Of a DNA stretch of 64,000 bases, positions 49,211 to 56,607 are shown piece by piece. Origin of the DNA: an uncultured Planctomycetales bacterium (lineage in GTDB: Bacteria; Omnitrophota; Gorgyraeia; Zapsychrales; JBDRMG01); assembly GCA_964478715.1 (NCBI GenBank), contig CAYZIY010000007.1, positions 20,220 to 84,219 on the forward strand, in the 5' to 3' direction. Position numbers and translations under genes: made by a program. Below the pieces are notes generated by a model that had not been told where the DNA came from, did not search any database, and saw only the letters and a list, made by a program, of their open reading frames with translations. Numbering within the stretch: position 1 is the stretch's first letter; each line of letters opens with the position of its first letter.

Positions 49211-52015
49211 TTATGTGGGGGGTTCGTATTTATTTCTCCAATGATCAGAAGTCCATGCAATTTCCACTACCCTTGATCGCAAACCCAGCATCTCTCCGGG
49301 AGGGTAGATCGGATCCGCAAGCCCTTCCCGGCGCAGATAATCCTGATCGTATTCATGGGCCGGCTGGGGATTGCTGGCCAAAAGGTCCCAGGGAGTCGAT
49401 TTATTATCTGTAGCCCGGCAAGGATGGGGATCCTTATCGGAGTTCCATCCAATCTGGGTATCTAAGTCAGAAAAGGGAATGGCAAAGTTCTTGTAAGAAT
49501 TCTGGTTGCAATCTCGGTTGTTGGCCGTCGTGGGAACCAGGCCGACAGGAGGAAACTCATTACCCAGTTGAATGACCGAGCCGATAATAACCGGCTGGAT
49601 TTCCGTCCAGCTGGAAGGGTCGGGAGCATTAAGGAGATCTCCAAGTTCTGTATAATAAGACCAGCGTTCCAAGAGATCAGGGTCAGGGGCATATTTTCCG
49701 ATCAAAGAGACATTATACACATAAGAATTCGGAGTTTCGGGGTCATTATCATGATCGACTGGGCCGATCGTATCCTGATCGGATTCCCAGGGTACTTTGT
49801 TTGCCATATTGCCATCTTGTTCTGCGAGCCAGTTGGCAACGCCTGGAATAAAATCGGCACGGAAACCATGTCCATCCTGGTTAAACTCTTCAAAATCCAT
49901 TCCACTTAATTCTGCTTCGGGATAGGACGGATGATGCTGGGGCCACGTTAATTTCCGGGGATAATCAAAATCTTCGGAAACTAAAGAGATTCTATTGGAG
50001 GCAATGATGGCTGCCGATTGCTTGGTCCAATCAGCATAGCCAGCATCAGCCTCATGGACATAATTGACATGGCCTTCCAAAATGGCATTATTGGCAATAA
50101 CGGTTAGTCCTCCTTGGGGCAATTGCCGCGCGTTGTAGAGCGCTACTCCGATCGGCTTGTCCGTGACCTGTGGAGAGTCTGCGGCAATAATGATCCCGCT
50201 CGAAGGCAGAAAATTTGGCTGTCCGCCTTCAGGAGGATTAACGACGCCAAATTGATGACAGCGATTTAAGTGTTCGATATTCATGCGAATCGTATTCTCG
50301 GGCAGTCCCGATTTGGGATTGATGAATTCTTTTTTTTCAAAGAGAGTGTCATTTATATCTTCGGAGCAATTTAGATCTGCGCAGCATCTTTCGTTTTTCA
50401 TCCATGAAGTCGTATCGTTTAATTTGATACTATTATTTCCCACATTGATAATATATTCTTTAAGCGCGCTTTCTTCAATCTCTTGCTCGATAGTCATTTG
50501 AATTTGTCCCGCACTGTGGCTGGATGAGTCACTTGAACTGTTGATTGTCTTTAAGGTATCAAGATGTATTTGGGGCACGGTGATTTCTTCAACACCGTCT
50601 GTGCTGTCCTTGAGCACATTAATTTGATCTTCCACAACGGCTGCCAGGCCTGTGATGGTGTCGTCTAAGGGATTATCCGGATCATCGCCTTGATCTATTT
50701 CAATGGGAAAATGGGACACATAATTATCCCAGTCCGACTCTTGATCAACAGAGTCGGTTAACCGGACAGGGGCTGTAAGATTACGTCCGTAATAAACTTC
50801 TTTATCATAGGGGGAGGAATCCGGCAGGATACTGGGAATAAAGTAACCGTTGATCTTGACATTGGCTTCATAATAGTTGGCATTATTATTTCCGTAAGGA
50901 TCTTGCCAGGCGCATGTATTTGTTTCATAACAACTGAGATCTTGTTCCCAATAGGAATTAACGAGGGTATTATGCCATTCAGGTTTATTATTAATCCAGC
51001 TTCCTTCATACCACATATTTTGATCACCCCAAGCAGGATCCCATATATAAGGAGAAGTGTCTTCCGGCACAGGTGCCGTGAAATTCGTATCCCAATAAAA
51101 AGGCCAGACGGGTTGCTTAATGTCCTGTGTTATTGTCTCTCCCTTCCAGGGGATAATACCATTTGTTGACATACGAAAAAGCCCCCGACGCATCCCTGGA
51201 TAATGGCCGTCCATGCTGTTGACATAATTGCCTTGGTTTAGTCCCACAGGAACCACTTCACCGCCCGAATAGGTTAAGTCATTCGGGTTAACGTGCGGCC
51301 AACGTCTGGTCTGATACTTGTTTTTATCATCCGGGTGGACAAAAGGTGTCATTTCCCATTCAAATTTTCCTGCTGTTGATATTTCACTGACATTTTCGAT
51401 TTCCACAAAATCATTGAATTTAATTTTCCCGTTGGCGTGGATTTTCGCCTGGCCGGCATTGATTTTTTTCCATCCGAAATCCGCATCATTCGAGTAAAAG
51501 GCCAGATAATCAAAAAGAGGCGTTCCTTTTATGATCCCCACAAAAAGACGGGTTTGGCCTTCTCTGTTGGTTTCTGCGAAACTGGTTGATTTCACTAGCG
51601 CATAATAGGCCCCGTCTTCCATGTAGACTTTAGCTTGGAAAATACTTCCCGTTTCTTCGTCACGAACCTGATACACATAGTCTTCGTTTTTATTAATCTG
51701 GGCGTCGGGAACATACAAATCAGCGGTGGCCGGCGGGTCATCGTGGGGGGCCAATGTGTCAGTCCCTGCTGCGATTTTGTGTGTCAGAAACGGATTACTG
51801 GTATATTGCCGGGCGGCAATTTCGGCAAAGACATATTCCACGCCGCTCATGGCGGTCATCTCGGTTTGATTGCGGGTATAAATCCGCCGGAAATGACGGG
51901 TATTATGCGTAGATTGCACAAAAACCGTTATTCCGTATCCTGCCAGCAGAATCAACAGAGGCAGGACAATCACATTCATGAGAAATTGTCCGTTTTTGTT
52001 TGAAATGCGTATCAT
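49211..52015 (-). CDS. Large PilX/GspK-like pilus assembly or adhesin protein (operon A, gene 3)
   Basis: NKNG|QFLMNVIVLPLLILL, AMSGVEY, FDYLAF, KIHANGKI, C-terminal YD...PPG; shares PFVHPDD, MDGHY, TNTCA, NYYEA and PWDLL with 44055-46916. Confidence 0.7.
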   Translation of the reverse strand: MIRISNKNGQFLMNVIVLPLLILLAGYGITVFVQSTHNTRHFRRIYTRNQTEMTAMSGVEYVFAEIAARQYTSNPFLTHKIAAGTDTLAPHDDPPATADLYVPDAQINKNEDYVYQVRDEETGSIFQAKVYMEDGAYYALVKSTSFAETNREGQTRLFVGIIKGTPLFDYLAFYSNDADFGWKKINAGQAKIHANGKIKFNDFVEIENVSEISTAGKFEWEMTPFVHPDDKNKYQTRRWPHVNPNDLTYSGGEVVPVGLNQGNYVNSMDGHYPGMRRGLFRMSTNGIIPWKGETITQDIKQPVWPFYWDTNFTAPVPEDTSPYIWDPAWGDQNMWYEGSWINNKPEWHNTLVNSYWEQDLSCYETNTCAWQDPYGNNNANYYEANVKINGYFIPSILPDSSPYDKEVYYGRNLTAPVRLTDSVDQESDWDNYVSHFPIEIDQGDDPDNPLDDTITGLAAVVEDQINVLKDSTDGVEEITVPQIHLDTLKTINSSSDSSSHSAGQIQMTIEQEIEESALKEYIINVGNNSIKLNDTTSWMKNERCCADLNCSEDINDTLFEKKEFINPKSGLPENTIRMNIEHLNRCHQFGVVNPPEGGQPNFLPSSGIIIAADSPQVTDKPIGVALYNARQLPQGGLTVIANNAILEGHVNYVHEADAGYADWTKQSAAIIASNRISLVSEDFDYPRKLTWPQHHPSYPEAELSGMDFEEFNQDGHGFRADFIPGVANWLAEQDGNMANKVPWESDQDTIGPVDHDNDPETPNSYVYNVSLIGKYAPDPDLLERWSYYTELGDLLNAPDPSSWTEIQPVIIGSVIQLGNEFPPVGLVPTTANNRDCNQNSYKNFAIPFSDLDTQIGWNSDKDPHPCRATDNKSTPWDLLASNPQPAHEYDQDYLRREGLADPIYPPGEMLGLRSRVVEIAWTSDHWRNKYEPPT

Positions 52016-52054
52016 GAGTTATTTTTCTCCCTCTCGAGATTGATCCTAATTACT

Positions 52055-52783
52055 TCATTCGGGTTCTCCCCAGTTATTGAATTCACAATTAAGTTCTTGT
52101 CCGCCTTCGGCTACATAGATCGACAAATCAACAAGGTCTGATATGTTGATTCCGTATTCATTACCTCCGCTACCTGAATTATTAACATTGGCGCGCTCGG
52201 GGTCTTCGGGAGGCGGGCAGATTGTATTTGGTGGCTCTGTTTCAGTACAGGCATCACTGCCTTCAGCACAACAGTTGGGCAGATCACCAAACATATAAGC
52301 GGATAATAAATCTAGGTCCGCTTTATTGACTATTCCGTCTCCGGTGAGCTCTCCGCATTCCGGGGCCGGCGGGCAGTCTTGAGCGCACCATTGCGAATTT
52401 TCGCTGGGGGGATCGCAAAAACCATCCCCGCAGACGGTAATGGTCAGAGGATCCGAGTCATTATCCGGATAAACAGTGGTGCTGAGCTTAATTTCCCCGC
52501 CTGATGGATAAGAGGAAGAGCTTATCTCCGGTTGAGCGGCGTAGAAACCGATCTGGACTGTTTTTGGGATATAGGTTGTGGAAAAAGTACCCTTTTCGAT
52601 GCGGCTGGCGATTACCTGAGAGGAGCGCACGGTTTCGACTGGTTGGGCGTAGGCAATTTGACCGCCTATAAGGAAAATCCAAAAAAAGACAGTTATCCCG
52701 ACAACCATCACAAATAGCATACTGAGAAAGGGCCTAATCTCATTTAACGTTTTTACATTAGGATAATCCATTAATCTAATCAT
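52055..52783 (-). CDS. Exported protein with a pilin C-terminal-like segment, one Cys-rich repeat and a dockerin-like domain (operon A, gene 2)
   Basis: Signal ending AYA; CGDGFCDPPSENSQWCAQDC; paired Ca-loop repeats GELTGDGIVNKADL..L..Y and ANVNNSG...INISDL..L..Y. Confidence 0.7.
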   Translation of the reverse strand: MIRLMDYPNVKTLNEIRPFLSMLFVMVVGITVFFWIFLIGGQIAYAQPVETVRSSQVIASRIEKGTFSTTYIPKTVQIGFYAAQPEISSSSYPSGGEIKLSTTVYPDNDSDPLTITVCGDGFCDPPSENSQWCAQDCPPAPECGELTGDGIVNKADLDLLSAYMFGDLPNCCAEGSDACTETEPPNTICPPPEDPERANVNNSGSGGNEYGINISDLVDLSIYVAEGGQELNCEFNNWGEPE

Positions 52784-52815
52784 CGCACGACTCCTTTTAT
52801 GGTTTTCTTTCTGTC

Positions 52816-53658
52816 CTATCTGTCCACGGGGGTCTCTCCGGTATCACAGTCGGCTGCGCAGGAAGAAACCGTTTCTCCGATACTGGCATCGCAAAAGCGG
52901 TCACCGCACCAGCCGAAATTCTCTTGTGCGGCCGCGACCTGATTTTCGCAGATACCGCAGTCGGCCGGACATTTTAAGCAATCTTCATGGATATCACAGA
53001 ATCCGTTCGGGCAGCAGACACCTCCGCAATCCTCAGGGCAGGACAGGCAGTTTTCTCCCAAATCCTCTTCAGGGTTGGGACCGCCAGTTTCCGGAATGCC
53101 GTCTTGGCAGATTCGGTCGCCGCAGGTACAGCGGTCTTCGCAATCAGGAAAACAGGTGTCGCAGTCTTCGCCGTAGTCTTCATTACAAGTACCATCGCCG
53201 CAATAGGGCTGGCTTTCATCGCAAATAACCTGTTTGTAGAGTTGATTGTCATTGACCAAGTATCTGTACCAGCAATATTGGTAACATTCATTCTCAGAAA
53301 TACAAGCGCCGAAAGCGACTCGGCCGTCATTGATTTCTAATGTATCCACAATAGGAGTTTTGAAGATTAAATAACTTCCTTGACAGACCGGCTCTCCCTC
53401 TTCGGGGCATGGATGGTGAACCGGAGCGCCCGGTTTATTGCTCTGGGGGGGCACCGACTGCTGAACATGGGCAGCGACACGCTGTAAAATATTTTCCAGA
53501 TGAATATTTTGATCGCTGCGGATTTTCGATATAATCGACGCCTGCATTCCTTTTTGCGCGGCAGCCGAAATCCCGCCGATGACAATGACCGAAGCCGCGA
53601 TGGAGACGACAAGCTCGGTTAGCGTAAATGCTTCTTTATTTTTTGTGTATCTTTTCAT
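52816..53658 (-). CDS. Type IV prepilin-like protein with 4 Cys-rich repeats (operon A, gene 1)
   Basis: GGAGA RBS, MKRYTKNKEA|FTLTELVV class III signal; C-terminal CGDG-type repeats. Confidence 0.85.
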   Translation of the reverse strand: MKRYTKNKEAFTLTELVVSIAASVIVIGGISAAAQKGMQASIISKIRSDQNIHLENILQRVAAHVQQSVPPQSNKPGAPVHHPCPEEGEPVCQGSYLIFKTPIVDTLEINDGRVAFGACISENECYQYCWYRYLVNDNQLYKQVICDESQPYCGDGTCNEDYGEDCDTCFPDCEDRCTCGDRICQDGIPETGGPNPEEDLGENCLSCPEDCGGVCCPNGFCDIHEDCLKCPADCGICENQVAAAQENFGWCGDRFCDASIGETVSSCAADCDTGETPVDR

Positions 53659-53685
53659 GTCTTCTCCCAATTTCTGTTGTAACCG

Positions 53686-53723
53686 AAAAAAATCCCACTC
53701 CTTAAACTTCAAGGAATGGGTTT
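53686..53723 (-). terminator. Intrinsic terminator, expression platform of riboswitch A
   Basis: CCCATTCCTTGAA-G-TTTAAGGAGTGGG-ATTTTTTT on the minus strand. Confidence 0.8.
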
Positions 53724-53731
53724 ATCCGTTT

Positions 53732-53904
53732 TGTTGGCAGCTGGCTGCCCCTCTGCTTTCTTGCCTGCCTTTCAGAAAACAAGCGAAAACAAGAAGCGGG
53801 GTCCTTTAGCTTTGTGCCCCATCCTTGCGGTCCCGCGTGGGTTTCTCGCGGGATCTCCGGTCTCAAAGGATTGCAGGCCGGAGAATAGTTTACCTTTTTC
53901 AACA
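53732..53904 (-). ncRNA. c-di-GMP-I (GEMM-I) riboswitch variant A
   Basis: Minus strand: TGTTGAAAAAGGTAAAC...CC-GCAA-GG-ATGGGGCACAAAGCT...GGCAGCCAGCTGCCAACA; P1 TGTTG/CAACA. Confidence 0.85.
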
Positions 53905-53923
53905 CCAATGAATTGTTAATAAA

Positions 53924-53951
53924 AGTATAACACATTTTTTCTTGCGGACAA
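53924..53951 (-). promoter_or_regulatory. sigma70 promoter of operon A
   Basis: TTGTCC-16 nt-TATACT with ATGTGTTATACT. Confidence 0.75.
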
Positions 53952-54159
53952 TTCAGCATCAAAAAAAAAGCCCAAAGCGAAAAAACGCTTTCTTTTTCAG
54001 TTAAGACGCCTGACTTTAATTTTATTATATTATAAGGGAAGCCCGAAGAGACTGTCTAGATAAATATGGCAAAAAAGAGCCGGACAATCCATTTGCAAAT
54101 GTCAAAATCGCGTGATAAAATGGCTGCGAAAAATACAATGAGATAAAAAAATAAAAATT

Positions 54160-55131
54160 ATGATTCAGGTGACCCGAAAAATTTCTGCCAAAAATCCGGT
54201 TTTGATTGCCGCCTGGCCGGGCATGGGCTATGTGGCTCTCAATGCGGCTAATTATCTGAAAGACCAGCTGAAGCCTGAAACCTTTGCCCGCTATCGAAGC
54301 GACCGGGTATTTTTCCAAAGAGACATTGAGGTCAGCGGCGGCTTGATCCGTCTGCCAAAAATTCCCGACGGCCAGTTTTATCACTGGAAAAATCCGGCTG
54401 GTCGTCATGATGTGATTTTTTTTATCAGTACCCAGCAGCCGCCGATGGAAAAAGGCCTGATCTATGCCCGCTCGATTGTTGATTTTATCGCTACATTCAA
54501 TATTCATACCGTCTATACCTTTGCCGCGCTTTTAACCTCGATGGATTACCTGCAGAGGCCCAAGGTTTGGTTGACAGCCACCGATAAAGATCTTTTGCAC
54601 CAACTCAAGGGAAAGAAAACGAAAATTCTACGCTCCGGTCATGTCAGCGGACTCAATGGTTTGTTTTTAGGCGCAGCCAAACAGCGCCATATCCGCGGGG
54701 CCTGTCTGCTGGGGGAGATTCCTTTTTACATGACGCAGATTGAAAACCCGCGCGCCTCTATGGCAGTGTTGGAGAAAATAAGCAGCATTTTGGGAATCAC
54801 TCTGGATTACCGTGAGCTGATCGCCGCCGATCAAACCCTGATTGAAGAAATAGAGAAATTGATTGAACAGGTCAGGGATCCCTCTAAAGAGCTACCCAGC
54901 GAACAGCCGATCTCCGACGAGGATATGGCTGTCTTTCGGAAAATGCTATCGGCCCAGTGCCGTCTGCCCAATTCGGCCCGGGAAGAAATCGAAGAGTTGT
55001 TTCACCGCGCCAAAGATGATCTGTCTCAGGCCCATTCGCTGAAGAAAAAGCTCGACGAATGGCATGCCTACCGTGATTATGAAGATCGGTTTCTGAGTCT
55101 TTTTAAGAAACATAACGAAGAAAACAATTAA
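54160..55131 (+). CDS. PAC2 (proteasome assembly chaperone-like) family protein
   Basis: LIAAWPGMGYVA, QQP, VSGLNGLFLG, GACLLGE, NPRAS. Confidence 0.85.
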   Translation: MIQVTRKISAKNPVLIAAWPGMGYVALNAANYLKDQLKPETFARYRSDRVFFQRDIEVSGGLIRLPKIPDGQFYHWKNPAGRHDVIFFISTQQPPMEKGLIYARSIVDFIATFNIHTVYTFAALLTSMDYLQRPKVWLTATDKDLLHQLKGKKTKILRSGHVSGLNGLFLGAAKQRHIRGACLLGEIPFYMTQIENPRASMAVLEKISSILGITLDYRELIAADQTLIEEIEKLIEQVRDPSKELPSEQPISDEDMAVFRKMLSAQCRLPNSAREEIEELFHRAKDDLSQAHSLKKKLDEWHAYRDYEDRFLSLFKKHNEENN

Positions 55132-55133
55132 GG

Positions 55134-55802
55134 GTGAATACTCTAACGACCAAGCAAGCCCAAAGACTGGATCGTTATGCCATCGAGATTTTCGGGATCC
55201 CCTCGATTGTTTTGATGGAAAATGCCGGACGTCTGGTAGCAGAGTCGGTCAAGCGGAGATGGAAAAGAAAAAAGGATCGCGTGGTTGTGATTTGCGGCCC
55301 GGGAAACAATGCCGGCGACGGTTTTGTGACGGCGCGTCATCTTTATCTAAGCGGGATTCCTTGCCGTGTTTATTGTCTGAGTGATCCGCGAAAATTCAAG
55401 GAAGATTCCCGTATCAATTTTTCGCTTTTGAAAAAAAGTCAGTGTCCGGTAGCTCTCATCCGCAAAGTCGATGCCAAGGTTTTGCGTCAGTGGCGACAGG
55501 CCGCTTTGATTGTTGATGCGATTTTCGGTATTGGTTTGAACCGTGAGGTGGCCTCGCCCTTTAAGGAAGCAATTGAAGCGATCAATATCTGCCGTGGGCG
55601 TGTATTTGCCGTTGATATTCCTTCAGGGCTTAATGCTACCACTGGAGACATTTTTGGTTCTTGCATCAAAGCCGATGAAACCATTACGTTTGTGACGGTC
55701 AAAAGAGGATTTTGTCTTTCACAGGGTAAAGAAAGAGCGGGTCAAATCAAGGTGGTCGATATCGGTATTCCCGAGACGGTGATCCGTAAAGTGTTGCGAT
55801 GA
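55134..55802 (+). CDS. nnrE: NAD(P)H-hydrate epimerase (YjeF N-terminal domain)
   Basis: LMENAG, CGPGNNAGDG, DAIFGIG, VDIPSG. Confidence 0.92.
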   Translation: MNTLTTKQAQRLDRYAIEIFGIPSIVLMENAGRLVAESVKRRWKRKKDRVVVICGPGNNAGDGFVTARHLYLSGIPCRVYCLSDPRKFKEDSRINFSLLKKSQCPVALIRKVDAKVLRQWRQAALIVDAIFGIGLNREVASPFKEAIEAINICRGRVFAVDIPSGLNATTGDIFGSCIKADETITFVTVKRGFCLSQGKERAGQIKVVDIGIPETVIRKVLR

Positions 55803-56461
55803 AAAATCCTACCCGCACAATCAGTCGCATCATTGAAATATTACAAAAAAATGCCGAAGAACTTAAAGATCCTTCCGTGACAATGGTCGCCAGGCAGTTT
55901 CAAGATCCGTTTCTGGTTCTGATTTCTTGTCTGCTGAGTTTGCGCACTAAAGACGCGGTCACGCTTAAGGCCAGCGAGCGGCTTTTTCGAATAGGCAAAA
56001 CACCCCAAACGATTACCCGGATTCCAGTTTCCAAAATTGAAAGGGCGATTTACCCGGTTGGATTTTACCGGACCAAGGCCCGGACCATTCGAACTCTTTG
56101 CCGCGATTTGGTCAAGAATTTTCACGGGCGTGTTCCCGATGATATCGAAACGCTCTTGACCTTTAAAGGCGTGGGACGCAAAACCGCTAATCTGGTTTTA
56201 ACCGAAGGATTTGGAAAACCGGGGATGTGTGTGGATACACATGTGCATCGGATTTCCAACCGGCTGGGATTTGTTCAAACCGCAAACCCTTTAGAAACCG
56301 AGATGGCCTTAAGAAAAAAGTTGCCTCAACGCTTTTGGATCGAGTATAATGCCTTACTTGTTATGTGGGGGCAGAATGTGTGCAAACCTGTTTCTCCTTT
56401 ATGTTCGCGTTGTGCTGTTTTTAAGTGGTGCGATCGAAAGAAAGTGAGTGTCAGCCGTTGA
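55799..56461 (+). CDS. nth: Endonuclease III
   Basis: GVGRKTANLV (HhH), VDTHVHR, C-x6-C-x2-C-x5-C [4Fe-4S]. Confidence 0.95.
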   Translation: MKNPTRTISRIIEILQKNAEELKDPSVTMVARQFQDPFLVLISCLLSLRTKDAVTLKASERLFRIGKTPQTITRIPVSKIERAIYPVGFYRTKARTIRTLCRDLVKNFHGRVPDDIETLLTFKGVGRKTANLVLTEGFGKPGMCVDTHVHRISNRLGFVQTANPLETEMALRKKLPQRFWIEYNALLVMWGQNVCKPVSPLCSRCAVFKWCDRKKVSVSR

Positions 56462-56471
56462 ATAAGTACAT

Positions 56472-56590
56472 TCAAGAAACAAGAAACAAGAAATAAATAA
56501 GCACCAAGTTCCAAATTACAAATCACAAGCGTTTGAAATCTGAATTTTTGAATTTGCATCTTGTTTGCATCTCGTAATTTGTATCTTCGT
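56472..56590. repeat. Heptamer-periodic imperfect hairpin
   Basis: CAAGAAA x3, then CAAG/CAAA heptamers, mirrored by TTTG/CTTG heptamers (TTTGCATCTTG TTTGCATCTCG ... TTTGTATCTT). Confidence 0.7.
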
Positions 56591-56607
56591 TACTGAAATC
56601 GAAAATC

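Noticed and set aside
46943-53230. Cys-repeat DNA as a CRISPR array or DGR template/variable repeat
   Set aside because: Repeats are conserved at protein level only, with no identical DNA repeats, no adenine-specific mismatch pair and no cas or reverse transcriptase gene.
44574-53809. Numerous + strand ORFs (e.g. 48033-48959, 47535-48026, 46993-47475)
   Set aside because: Antisense shadows of the minus-strand Cys-rich genes, with no motifs or RBS.
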